Below are positions 1-12,565 of a stretch of DNA of 64,000 nucleotides, in pieces. Every line of letters starts with the position of its first letter. The stretch's first letter is position 1. Under the pieces are notes generated by a model. The model saw nothing but the letters and a program-made list of their open reading frames with translations, had not been told where the DNA came from and made no database searches. The translations under genes were made by a program, and so were the position numbers. This DNA is from Octopus bimaculoides (taxonomy: Eukaryota), in assembly GCF_001194135.2 (NCBI RefSeq), contig NC_068985.1, positions 19,678,341-19,742,340 of the forward strand, in the 5' to 3' direction.

Positions 1-425
1 ACTTCAACCACACTAAATCTTTGTTTTCGTCTGCGTATGATTAGAATTGAAAACGACTAACTACTAGATTATGTAATGAACGGAGTTTCGGAGAAGCTAT
101 CGATAATTCGTTGGGGAAGGGAAAAGACATAGAAAGAATTGGGAAGTTTTTTTCTCTTCTTTTTTCTTCTTAACATTCCCGTCATTCGTACAACAGAAAT
201 TAAGATTTTGAAAGAATATTTTTTCCTTGAATTTCAGTTTTTTTTCTTTTCTTTTCTATTTTGAACCCCAATTCCTTGTACTTTTCCTTCCCCGTGAGGT
301 ATTGGTAGCTATTCCGAAACACGATCATATAAAGATACATCAAAAACGGAAATACAAAAGTAATATTGACAATCTCCGGGCGTGGGGATCTGCGGTGCTC
401 ACCAAGTACACCTAAAATATACACC

Positions 426-426
<1 letters not shown>

Positions 427-464
<38 letters not shown>
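427..464. repeat. (TG)n microsatellite
   Basis: Seen directly. Confidence 0.99.
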
Positions 465-467
<3 letters not shown>

Positions 468-1175
468 ATACAAGTATGGTAAACGAGAAAATGTATCTAC
501 TACACGATTCAACAAAACTTCCTATCAACTATTCTTTTTGCAAAAGTAGTTTCGACATGATATCTCACATTTTAACTAACTAAAAAGGAAAAATTGTTTA
601 AGAAAGTTATTACATACCCATTGAAACTGCAGGAAGGCACAACTTTCTTTCTCGCTTGATCAATGCAGCAAAACACATCGAAGGAAAGCTATTTATATTA
701 AATACCACCAGAATAAACATCGGTTTTTTTTTCTTTACATCCCTTAAAAATAAAAATAAAATAATTATCTTTATTATATTCATTCAGATTTAACCTGACA
801 AGCGATCTGTCAAATGTCGCCGCAGTCACAAACAAACAGCGAGAATGCTACACAGCAATGTTAGTTCAGACGACATCTTGAGTCACAAGAGCGAAGCCAA
901 CGGCCAACAAGCATAAAGATTAGTCATTGATCTCGATTGCTTGCTTTAAGATAGTGTTTGCAGGCTTGCAGGTGAACTTGTATCTAAGTTGATTCTGAAC
1001 AATTTTGTCCCTGCTCTGTGTTGATTCAGTTGTGTTTCCTGCTTCCTATTGACAGCAATAACCATATATTAGTGATCTGATGTCTGTTGACCTGCAGCGC
1101 AACCAAACCACTCCCCAACCACTCCCCAACCTCTCCCCAACGCCCAACTAATGATTTGTGCAACTCACATTAAGG

Positions 1176-1229
<54 letters not shown>
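1176..1229. repeat. (ACT)n microsatellite followed by GGT-rich low complexity
   Basis: Seen directly; explains the poly-Ser/Thr pseudo-ORF 1170-1454. Confidence 0.99.
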
Positions 1230-1230
<1 letters not shown>

Positions 1231-1902
1231 TTTTGCAACAATAATGATGATGGCGATTTCTTTATTTTGGGCAACGTATGAAGATTAAAGATGGTGCTGA
1301 TGGTGGTGGAAGTGGTGGTGGTGGTGGCAGGTGGCTTTGGTAGTGGGTGATAGTGGTGGGCGGGTTTTGGTTGTGGTTTTGATGATGGCGGTGAGTAAGA
1401 ACAAGGAATTATTTTTGCTTTTAAGTTACAAAAGTTCACTACTGCTGTCGTCATTATAGATCAATAGATAAGGTGATCTGAGAAAGGTTAGTAAGTCAGC
1501 AATCTGTTCAGAATGATTTAACGATTGGTACCGGACAGGAAATATCCAAATAAATAGATTAACACTTAAGAAAAAAAAGAAGAAAAAAAGAAAAGAAAAG
1601 AGAGGAAAAAAAATGAAAAAAATCTTCATATGAAAACCATTATTGGATTTTACTGGATCAATACTGCCGTTTCTCAAAGCATTAAAAGGTTTCTATAACA
1701 TTTGGTCTGGTAATGAATCAATTTGAGAATTAAGTGGATCTTGGGATTAACTGATACATTAATTGAACACAGTTCTTAATAATCGCATTTTTTCTTTTTT
1801 TTTTTTTTTAGTTGTTTTTTTTTTACTTATATGTTAAGACAGATTAGTACACCTCAGGATGAAAGAACGGATAAAGTGCAAAAAGAAAGACTAGATAGTT
1901 TG

Positions 1903-2353
1903 TAATAATGATAATCCTTTCTACTAGAGGCACAAGGCCTCAAATATTAGAGGAAGGAGATAGTCGATTACATCAACCCTAGTCCTCAACTGGTACTTAT
2001 TTTATCGAACCCAAAAGGATGAAAGACAAAGTCGACCTCGGCGGGATTTGAAATCTGAACGTAAAGACGGACAAATGCGCTGTGGTGCTAACGATTCTGC
2101 CAGCTCACTGCCTTGACGCTGCCTTAATAATAACAATAATCCTTTCTACTAAAGGCACAAGGCCTGAAATTTGGGGGAAAGGGGACTAATCGATTACATC
2201 GACCCGAGTATCTCACTGGTACTTATTTTATCGACTCCAGAAGGATGAAAGGCAAAGTCGGCCTCGGTGGTATTTGAGCTCAGAACGTAAAGACGGACGA
2301 AATACCGCTAAGCATTTTGCTCGGCGCACTAACGATTCTGCCAGCTCGCCGCC
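1903..2353 (-). mobile_element. Two tandem copies of tRNA-derived SINE family A, each bounded by (TAA)n
   Basis: On - each copy begins GGC(G/A)G(C/T)GAGCTGGCAGAA, has a B-box-like G(A)GTTCAAAT motif and a core GCCTTTCATCCTT...TCGATAAAATAAGTACC. Copies at ~1903-2112 and ~2125-2353. Confidence 0.85.
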
Positions 2354-2368
2354 TTAATAATAATAATA

Positions 2369-2404
<36 letters not shown>

Positions 2405-3365
2405 ATCACCTGTCTGCCGCTGATATGGAAGCTGATGACAGGAATAATATCTAATTATATGTATTACTTGGACAAAAGACAACTTCTGACAGACTTACTA
2501 ATTTGGGCATGGCGTACATCGATTATAAGAAAGCATATGACATGGTCCCCCATTCCTGGATGTCTTGAGCTGGTACAGGTGTCTGATAACATATCAAATT
2601 TTATTAGGAGATCAATGAAAAACTGGAATACAGAGTTAACTTCATGTGGAAAATTTTTGGCGATGGCTAACGTCAAGAGAGGCATATTTCAAGGAGATGG
2701 CCTATTACTATTGCTGTTTGTGATTTGTATGATACCCCTCCCACAGATACTACGGAAAGTGACATCGAGGTACACCTTGAAAAGTGGTGGAAAATTAAAT
2801 CATCTGTTATATATGGATGACTTGAAGATCTTTGGAAAGACCGAACAGGAAATAAATGGCCTAGTTTCAACAGTGCCGATATTCAGTAAGGATATCGGAA
2901 TGGAATTTGGGATTTAAAAGTGTGATATGCTTATAGTACAAAGAGGCAAAGTAGTGTCGTCTAATGGTGTAGAGCTACCCAAAGGCGAGAAAATCAAGGA
3001 TATTGAGACCAAAGGGATATAAATATTTGGGGGTTTTAGAATACGACAAAATCAAGGAAAGTGAGATGAAGGAAAGCTTTAGGCGAGAATATCTCAGCAG
3101 AACAAAGTTAATTATGAGAAGTAGACTCAATGGAAGAAACAAGATGAGTAATGAACACATGGGCTGTTTCCTTAATGCGATACGGCGCAGGTGTTGTCAG
3201 GTGGACAAAGAACGAGCTTAAGGAAATGGACAGGAAAACTAGAAAAGTGATAACTATTAACAAGGAACTACACCCCAAAAGCGATACTGACAGACTGTAT
3301 GTGCCTAGAAACAGGGGAGGAAGAGGTCACCTATGATGCAAGATCTGTGTTAACAACGAGAAGAA
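2405..3365 (+). mobile_element. Non-LTR retrotransposon RT fragment, R4/Dong-like clade, frameshifted
   Basis: Motifs across frames: DYKKAYDMVPHSW, RGIFQGD, NHLLYMDDLKIFGK, YKYLGVLE, NTWAVSLMRYGAG, HPKSDTDRLYVPRNRGGRG. Multiple stops and frameshifts. Confidence 0.8.
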
Positions 3366-3369
3366 TAAT

Positions 3370-3835
3370 CAGCTTTTTTTAAAAACTGTATATGACAATG
3401 GTTCGCCAACACTTAGAATTTGCATCACCAGCCCCAATCTCGCTCAGCATATTAATAACTAGGAAACTGTTTGAAACGAGCAACAAAACGAATACCCGCT
3501 GTCAGGCATTTACCATACTCTGAACGTTTGGTTTCCTGGGTATGGACACATTGAAGCACAGACGGTCTGGCAACTGAATTGGTAGACGCCCACAAGATTA
3601 TTCTCCATCTTTCCAACAACAAACTTGGCCACCTTTTTGAATTCCATATAACAAACACTCGTGGACAGGCTTTCAAAATTTAAAAAAACAACACCACACC
3701 CATGACTTTCGGAAACATTTTCTTCACGCTCAGAATTGTTGAAGCATGGAAAAAACTGCCCGCATCAGTCATTAGATGTCAAGACACTACATCCTTCAAA
3801 ACTTTCATGATTCCTGAAATCTGCCAACAATACGC
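3370..3835 (+). mobile_element. CR1-clade LINE 3' end, degraded
   Basis: KLYMTMVRQHLEFAS..., LPYSERL, and FFTLRIVEAWKKLP are typical CR1 ORF2 C-terminal motifs. Same family as 62960-63390. Confidence 0.8.
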
Positions 3836-4029
3836 CAGTTGGCTTTTTAAAAATTTTTAGTTGTAATGCACCTGAGTACTGCATAGAACAATTTCTTTCA
3901 TCTCAATTTTTTTTCAACGGCAAAATCCACATAAAACTTCATTTTTATTTAAACCCTATCCTCTATAGAAAAGGGTACGGTTTTGTTGAGAAACATGAAA
4001 AATTTATTCTAATGCTGCAGTGCAAACGG

Positions 4030-4030
<1 letters not shown>

Positions 4031-4089
<59 letters not shown>
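4031..4089. repeat. (CT)n microsatellite
   Basis: Seen directly. Confidence 0.99.
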
Positions 4090-4093
<4 letters not shown>

Positions 4094-5278
4094 AAATGGT
4101 TGATCAAGTTTTGCTATCAGATTCTTTATTGTTATATATTTTCATATCATTTTGTTGTTGTTTACATATTTTGTTGTATTATGTATTTTCATACTGTTAT
4201 TGTTGTTTACGTTTTTTTGTTTCTCTTAGTCAAAATGGAGTAAGAACATCTTTTATAAGTGATGTGCAATTTGTTCAGTGCAGTTTCAAATCAGCTGCAA
4301 TAAATGATGAAGAAATCGTTTTTATTAAGTTCACCTAAATGATCGACGCCACAAGTATTTATATGACAAGCTACAAATGCTGCTTAACTGTAGTTCAAAT
4401 TTCGTTATTTTGCTACTGAAAAGGAAAGAAGAAAAAACAAAGAAAAAGAAAGGAAAAGAAAAAAGAAACTGCTTTGATAGCTTGCTGTGAATTTGAGATT
4501 ATTACAGAACTATTTTTTATGTTTAAGCTGTAGAAGCATGATTTGTTAAATCCGTTTTGTGAGCTCGTATTTCAACTTTTCTCAATTTACATAAAGCTTT
4601 ATTTCTATATTTTATTTCTCTCCCCTAATTTGAAAAATATTGATTCATTAGCAAGTTTTATTGAAGCATTTTATTTTGATCACTTGCTCATTGTATAAAT
4701 GGGTATCGCTTTGGAATTATCAAAATCTATTTTTAAACTGTTTAGTTTATTAGTTTTTCTACTACGTGACTGCCAACATCTGGTTCACTTTATGAACCAG
4801 AATCTCTAAATGGTCGTTTCAAATGCTGGAAATAGAAAAAACAACCATATTAAATAAAGATACTTTGAATAAGTACCATATCACCCACAATTTCTGCCCC
4901 TAAAAGCACAGTGTTGCCAAATAGTGCTATTTGTTGTAATGATACGAAACTAAATGCACTTAGTTTTACATTAATAAATACGCTGTCTCGAATAAAAGGT
5001 GGTCAGCTCGGTGGCTGGCACAGACGGCAGTTGAATGAGACAACCAATCACTCTGCATCGCGTTATTCTAGTGCTTGCTTGGCACAGTATGGTGACAGTG
5101 CTATAACAAGATAAATATATCGAATCGAAACTAATCAGATTACCAACACTTTATTATCGTTAGACATTGCTCAACGCTACCAATGTAACAGTATCGCCTC
5201 GGCTACATAGTGCGTGTTGTGCCACAAAATATAACCAAATCACACGGTGTTGTATTGCACAAGAAAAACAAAAATAAT

Positions 5279-6206
5279 ATGGCGACATCTCATATTCCCG
5301 AAATGCAGTGGCACACAGACAAATCCGGCGGAAGTCCTGCCAATATTCAAACAAAACATCATGTACTATTGTGAAGATGAGGAAATTACAGAACCAAGGA
5401 AAATAGCCTTAAAAATATTAAGAGGCACTGGAAATGAAGGACTCAAATGCGTCTAGCTTAACAGACGTTGACAAGAAAAATCCAAATAAACTGTTGGAAT
5501 TGTTCGAAGCACAAGTCACGACAAACATCAATTTCAGAGTACATCGCTTTAAACTGATGGAATGTAGACAGCAGCCTGATGAGACAGTTGACGACTTTGT
5601 TACAAGAGCCCGAACAATAGCAAAAAACTGTGAGTTTGAAGAAAGAGAGCTTGAACACGGATCATTGAATTATTGATTGCTTCAACTCCCATTGAAGCCT
5701 TCCAAAAAGAGCTGCTCTAACAGAGGGTAGAAAATTTGAAACTATTCTTGCAGGAAGAAGTCAGATACAACAACTTGCAAGTGCAGAACCAAACAATGTA
5801 GATGCTGTTAGGCGTTCATGTTGAAATTGTGGACGAATGCACCCACCAAGAAAGTGCCCTGCATACAATGATTCCTGCAACTTCTGCAACAAAAAGGGAC
5901 ACTGGAAAAAATTCTGTCGTCAACGGAACAAACAAGATAGAACAAGACAGGAAAATGGCAATGGAAAAAGAGCATGCAAAAAATTCCATGATATAGAATC
6001 AAGCAACAAGGCTCATACTGACTCAGAAGAAGAGAACTGTAACCCCTACTACTGCATACAAATTTCAAGCACGCGAAATGAAGCATTTGCAACATTGGAT
6101 ATCATATGTCCACAGAGAGAAAAGGTACGATAAATAAAATTAAAGATTGATACGGGAGCAGCAGGCATAACATTGCGTACATATCGCCAGTTATACGAAT
6201 CAACTC
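5279..6206 (+). mobile_element. Ty3/Gypsy (Mag-like) gag and protease fragment, degraded
   Basis: Gag-like CRQQPDETVDDFVTRARTIAKNCEF; tandem zinc knuckles (C..CGRMHPPRKC and CNFCNKKGHWKKFC); protease KLKIDTGA. Broken by frameshifts and truncated at 6206. Confidence 0.8.
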
Positions 6207-6477
6207 TGTAGTGGCGAGTGTGGCCGCCATTGGCCGCCATCTTGGGAAGTGCCATTGCACATGTGCAAGGGACTTGCCGTCAGCGGAAGTACCCGAGCAC
6301 GCATGCGCAATGCAACAGGTGGAGAGAGAGAAATAGCGTTCGATCTCTTCTCTATCTAGCAGCTGTCGTGACAACACGTTCTTCCAGTGCTCTCTCAACT
6401 CGATACCGACATGTGGTCGAAGCTTCCTTGGTATTCTAGCGGCATGCCTGTTCACCCAGGAACGAAATGGCTCTACA
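6207..6477 (+). mobile_element. Solo-LTR-like element
   Basis: TGTAG...CTACA inverted termini, GC-rich. Shares the TGTAGT start and GCATGCGCA motif with the LTRs at 7362 and 9580. No TSD seen. Confidence 0.6.
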
Positions 6478-7361
6478 CCAACCTAGAATAAATTATTGAT
6501 CTGTTGTTACTGTTATCCCTCGTGTTGTTGTATTTCTGGATTTCAATGATTAATTTAAGAACTGGGGAGAGATGGCCGAGCCGTCATATCTCATCCAATT
6601 CTTATAACTCCAACTGCAGTCATGCTAAAACCAGTGAAAAACATTCGTCTGATGGCATACAATGGACAATAAATCGAATGCTTGGGATCAATACATTTTC
6701 AGTTTCGTTCAAACGACTGCGTATTTAAAAATGTGAAACTAAGTACATTTAGTTTCGTATCATTACATCCCCCTTTTCTTTAAACAATTCACAGGCTAAT
6801 AAAAACTGACAAATGAAAATAAGGTTTCTGGTGCATCCTTTGTAGAGGGAGAAGAAACCTTATTTTCATTTGAGATGTCTGAAGACCACATGAACTGCTT
6901 TGGAAAAAATTTAAATCAACAGTGCATTTTCACTGGTGATTCAATCCTGGATTCGGTTCGTGTAAACCATGTGAATTATTTATAATTATAAAAAAATTTT
7001 TAAGCATAAAACTAATTTTAGACCATATCGAAATTTTACATAAAATTTATGAAGAAAATATTTAAATAAGTTAATGCACATGTCTAACGAACGATCACTT
7101 GAACAATTTGTTCAGAACATGAAGTGTAATTGGAAGTGTTATAATAGCTATTGTACGATGTTATCAGCTGTAAATAATTACTAATGGGAAGTGCAAGTTC
7201 GTTGAATTTTCCGCTACTTGAATTTATCAATTTATGCAATATCTTCATCAGTTGCATTTGAAAATCACTGTATCATGTCGTTTAATTCTTTCGTAGTTAC
7301 AGCAACACTGCGATTTGATTCAAAGTATTTAAGAATATCACAAAAGAAATTCTATTTAATT

Positions 7362-9954
7362 TGTAGTAACGCTTTTATAGCAGACGACTGTTATATGTTC
7401 AATGTCCGGAGTTTTATCCACGCATGCGCAGGGACTAGTTCCGGAAGGAATACACGAAGAGTCTCATGCGCATGCGTAGAGTTCGACACCCAATATTTCG
7501 CGCCTTTTCTCAGTCTCTTCGTTGATTGATCTCCGTCGAGACAAGACGTCCAACAGAGCTCTCTCACATCTCAGCACCAGAGCTTCACAAATAACCACGA
7601 ACTTCATTCAGAAGTCGTCTCAGTAACCAAAGGCGACGAGCTACCGAATTCCACTGTAAATAAATATTGTTGTGTTGTTCAGAATCTGCGTTCCGTTGTT
7701 TCTTCAAGAAATTTAATGTACGGAAGCGGGTNNNNNNNNNNNNNNNNNNNNNNNNNNNNNNNNNNNNNNNNNNNNNNNNNNNNNNNNNNNNNNNNNNNNN
7801 NNNNNNNNNNNNNNNNNNNNNNNNNNNNNNNNNNNNNNNNNNNNNNNNNNNNNNNNNNNNNNNNNNNNNNNNNNNNNNNNNNNNNNNNNNNNNNNNNNNN
7901 NNNNNNNNNNNNNNNNNNNNNNNNNNNNNNNNNNNNNNNNNNNNNNNNNNNNNNNNNNNNNNNNNNNNNNNNNNNNNNNNNNNNNNNNNNNNNNNNNNNN
8001 NNNNNNNNNNNNNNNNNNNNNNNNNNNNNNNNNNNNNNNNNNNNNNNNNNNNNNNNNNNNNNNNNNNNNNNNNNNNNNNNNNNNNNNNNNNNNNNNNNNN
8101 NNNNNNNNNNNNNNNNNNNNNNNNNNNNNNNNNNNNNNNNNNNNNNNNNNNNNNNNNNNNNNNNNNNNNNNNNNNNNNNNNNNNNNNNNNNNNNNNNNNN
8201 NNNNNNNNNNNNNNNNNNNNNNNNNNNNNNNNNNNNNNNNNNNNNNNNNNNNNNNNNNNNNNNNNNNNNNNNNNNNNNNNNNNNNNNNNNNNNNNNNNNN
8301 NNNNNNNNNNNNNNNNNNNNNNNNNNNNNNNNNNNNNNNNNNNNNNNNNNNNNNNNNNNNNNNNNNNNNNNNNNNNNNNNNNNNNNNNNNNNNNNNNNNN
8401 NNNNNNNNNNNNNNNNNNNNNNNNNNNNNNNNNNNNNNNNNNNNNNNNNNNNNNNNNNNNNNNNNNNNNNNNNAGCTACCATCCCGCTTCTAATGGGATG
8501 GTTGAGCGTTTTCATAGGCAACTTAAGGCTGCCTTACACGCCTCGCCCAACCCGCAGTCTTGGGTTGAATTTCTTCAAGGTCGACGCTAATGGTCGTACA
8601 GAGATTGTGTCTGTCGACCGTCTGAAAAAGCGTACCTTGACAAACCCTCAACTTTCGTGTACGACGTGCCCGTTTTTCAAACACCACACACCACTGTCAA
8701 CGTCATTACCACCACACATACAGAACACAGCTACAGCCAGTTTCCAGCGACGACATCAACAACCACTACGAACTACAAGCATCGCCCCCGACGTCGCTAG
8801 CAGCAATACGACTCTACGTACTACCAGCATCGCCCACATCGTCAACATGACTTCTACACGTACACAAGCAACCGACATCAACAAGCGCGGTTTTATCTCG
8901 ACCCTGTTAGAGTGGATGTTTCCACTCACGATCAACAGACAAGAACTAACCAGCCAGAATATTCAGTACCAGGTAACACAGGTCCCAGCATCCGACGCTC
9001 AACTACAGCTCTGCTCCTTGACCACAACTTCCTGCGTATGAACATTCNNNNNNNNNNCACTCACGATCAACAGACAAGAACTAACCAGCCAGAATATTCA
9101 GTACCAGGTAACACAGGTCCCAGCATCCGACGCTCAACTACAGCTCTGCTCCTTGACCACAACTTCCTGCGTATGAACATTCTATCTCCTTGTGGAATTT
9201 TAATACGAACTGGTTTTCTCTATCTCAGTGTCTTAAGACTTTTCACAGTCTATATTACAGACACTTTTGCTATGTTCTGTGTTTTCTCTCACACACACAC
9301 TTGTGCACTCATATATTTTCTTTCTTTTCAGAAAAAACAAAAAATTCAGACTTTTACATCGCGTGATTCCAGTTTCCTGGACAGTTGTCATCACGGTTGT
9401 TTTGTCATTGTCAATTCATTTGTACATTGCATGCATGTATCTCACAAGTGTACATCATTTTTTTTTTCGTTATATATATTTGTGCCACATCTTGTGGGTG
9501 TTTTTTTCGGTAGCCATCTTGCCTCAGGCGTCCCTCCAAATTTTCTATTTTCGTGCTTTCGGCACTCGAGGGGGAGCCATGTAGTGACGCTTTTATAGCA
9601 GACGACTGTTATATGTTCAATATCCGGAGTTTTATCCACGCATGCGCAGGGACTAGTTCCGGAAGGAATACAGGAAGAGTCTCATGCGCATGCGTAGAGT
9701 TCGACACCCAAGCTTTCGCGCCTTTTCTCAGTCTCTTCGTTGATTGATCTCCGTCGAACCAAGACGTCCAACAAAGCTCTCTCACATCTCAGCACCAGAG
9801 CTTCACAAATAACCACGAACTTCATTCAGAAGGCGTCTCAGTAACCAAAGGCGACTAGCTACCGAATTCCACTGTAAATAAATATTGTTGTGTTGTTCAG
9901 AATCTGCGTTCCGTTGTTTCTTCAAGAAATTTAATGTACGGAAGCGGGTGTACA
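7362..9954 (+). mobile_element. Gypsy LTR retrotransposon, internally deleted: two ~370-nt LTRs, integrase remnant, PPT
   Basis: LTR1 7362 to the gap at 7732; LTR2 9580-9954 (TG...CA), about 10 differences by eye (~97% identity). Purine tract GAGGGGGAGCCA just before LTR2. Integrase SYHPASNGMVERFHRQLKAAL at 8474, then VDANGRTEIVSVDRLK. TSD not confirmed. Confidence 0.9.
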
Positions 9955-11029
9955 CCTAATGGTGTATAACCACTTTCCTACAAATTCGTCTATAAATTTT
10001 ATTGATTGGTCAAGAATAAATAAAATAGAAAACTAATGGGTTTTAGTACCTCAAACATTTTTTCAAGTCGTCAAAAGAGTAGCAAGCAGCTCAAATTTAT
10101 AAACATTGTAGCGTGCAGTTTTGAAAGGTAATATGATACTGTCACAATTGGATGTTGACCAAATGGATATGAATCGAAATCAGTTCTTCGTATATTTATT
10201 GTTATTTTAGAGAGATGTCCCACTAGAGCCAAAACGGAAGAATAGAAAAACAATGCTTATTTCACAATATCATGTAGGTGTATTTTTTCCGGATACAAAG
10301 GGATTTTTTTTGTGTGTGTGTGTAGTAACGAATGTTGATATATTGGAGTGGTTAGCTAATGTTAGCGTGTTTATTTTGCTGGCAGAGAGTTTGTCAAAAC
10401 AAAATCAATCGAAATCATTCACATGACATAAGAATATCGTTTGTCGTTATGTTTCATTGCCCACTCTCAAATTATCATATTCTATTGTTTTTATTTGTCT
10501 ATGTCTAGCATTCTGTCTCTTGGACTGGTTAACAGACATCAACTGGCTGCTTACTGAACGACTCCAGTTCGAGATTTGTCTACTATATATCAACAATTCT
10601 TGGTTGCCAATGACAATTTTGGTTGGACAGGCTTCTGTCGATGTCATTACATCTATGAGTTGTTTTGACCAGATTCCAAGAATTCCTGCTTGGTTGTTGG
10701 GCGTCATTAGTCAGATTTTTCATGATGCCATCACTCAGTTTGAAAATCCTGCTTTGTTGTTTACTTAATTCTAGGTGATAAAAAGAATCTAGTTTAAATT
10801 TGGGGCAGGGACTTGCTCCAATCTGCTACTTGTAGCACAATCTGGCAACCCTGTATGTGTATAGAGTTCTTTCTCGTACCTCTTTGGTTGCAGTCAGTCG
10901 AAAAGGGAAAGAATACAATATTGAAACTGTCAATAATCAGATTACTGCTGTCATAGAAAGTGAAAGAATGCTACTACGCAGTCTTTCATTATTGAATGTA
11001 CAACACTTTCATTTTATAGCAAGGTTAAA

Positions 11030-11195
11030 GGCGGTGAGCTGGCAGGCTCGTTAAAGCGCCAGAAAAAAACAATTCTTTACGTCAATCATTCTGGCTCTCC
11101 GAAGGCAACATTGCGTTTCATCCCCACACTGGAGTCAATAAAATAGAGTACCTGTCAAGTATTGAGGTTGATGGTGTCGACTAATCCCCTTCCCC
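11030..11195 (+). mobile_element. SINE family A copy, degraded
   Basis: GGCGGTGAGCTGGCAG start, GCGTTTCATCC...GTCAATAAAATAGAGTACC core. Confidence 0.7.
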
Positions 11196-12335
11196 ATAAA
11201 TTGCTGTGCGTATGTGTGTGTGCATGATTTAAAGTATAGGGAGGGCAAAATAGAATTTGAAATTAAAAAAAAAAATCATTTTGCATAATCTCCGCCGATT
11301 AAAACATATGCAACTGAAAAAAAATCGAAAAAGAAAAAAATTGAAAATGATACGGGATAAGGTACGATCTAAAATGGTGAAAGGGAATTGTTCTTTTTGT
11401 TTGTTTATTTTGTTCGCAGAATCGCAAATTCCATTGTTTAAAACATTGTCTGGCGCGTCGCCTATACTCCTAAACGGTATAAGAGCATCAGCTATTGTTT
11501 ATGGAAATCAGCGAATAACTTGCTGGTGCGTACTGATGTCTGCCAAACAAATAATAATTCGTCCCCTTGCAGTGGCGAATCGCATGTTTATGATTTCTTG
11601 ATCTTCACGGATTCTGTGGACAAAAAGTTCATCTCAAGTATTGGAAAGCACAGCCATGAAAAATGGAAGCATCGCCAACAATGATAAACATCTTGAAAAT
11701 ATTTTTGATGTATGAAAACAACATATAGATTGACTTCTGAAGTTTCTAGCCCAGTCACCTGAGGTATTGGTACATTGCACTCCAATGCTACAACAGCTGG
11801 GTTCCTGTTGTTATTCCTAGAATACCTGAAGTTTCTGAGTTAACTGAAATACCAAGTAAATTCCTGAATCACCTGAGGCGTCTATTACAGTGTGTGATAC
11901 TGATCCCGTACTTTGTAGACATATATTTCAGTAACATAGTTACTGGTGGTGGAAAAAGAAATAAAATAAAATTAAAATAAAGGATTTCTTTTATTAGTAA
12001 ATTCTTGCAAATTACAAAAAGCGTTGCTGCATAAGTGAAGAGAAGACGGTGAGCTCAAAAACCACTATGATGCAGAATAAAGAGGAAATATCCTGATAGT
12101 TGATATTTCAGATTTAAATAAACAAAAAGTAAAATTTTAAAATTCTAATGTTAACTGTAAATGCCAAAACTGCTTTGACGTATGCAACAATGCAACACAT
12201 AACAGATTAAGTGTTTGTGTGACATTTTAATCAGCCAACTTTTCTGAAAGTCGAGAAGCATCTTAGCATTGATTCATATAGCTTCGTAAACACACATACA
12301 TATAGCTTCTTTTGATATTTTGATGTCGGAATACA

Positions 12336-12425
12336 TCATACATACATACATACATACATACATACATACATACATACATACATACATACATACATACGCA
12401 CGCACACATATATACATATGCACAC
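12336..12425. repeat. (TACA)n and CA-rich microsatellite
   Basis: Seen directly. Confidence 0.98.
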
Positions 12426-12565
12426 ACATACACGAAAGCTGTACCGAAAATAATGCAAACGTGGGCATAACTCTTTTATTAACTTACGTAAGTCATTTAA
12501 ATTGCGTATGTTGGCAAATTTATTCTTCCTCTGTAGTTAAACCTTTCTGTCCTTCACTGCAGGCA

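Noticed and set aside
7667-9041. Long ORFs of 280-441 aa in the ORF track (also at 19123-20086, 21463-21846, 31548-32348 and 57592-58824)
   Set aside because: They read through N gaps (7732-8473, 19462-19933, 21561-21772, 31561-32204, 57649-58567) and are artefacts.
8923-9181. Exact ~124-nt direct repeat
   Set aside because: The two copies flank a 10-N gap (9048-9057) and are identical, the classic signature of unmerged overlapping contigs.
9955-9975. PBS-like TGGTG after the second LTR, suggesting a tandem element
   Set aside because: It is offset from the LTR end and no gag follows. The PPT upstream marks this as the 3' LTR.
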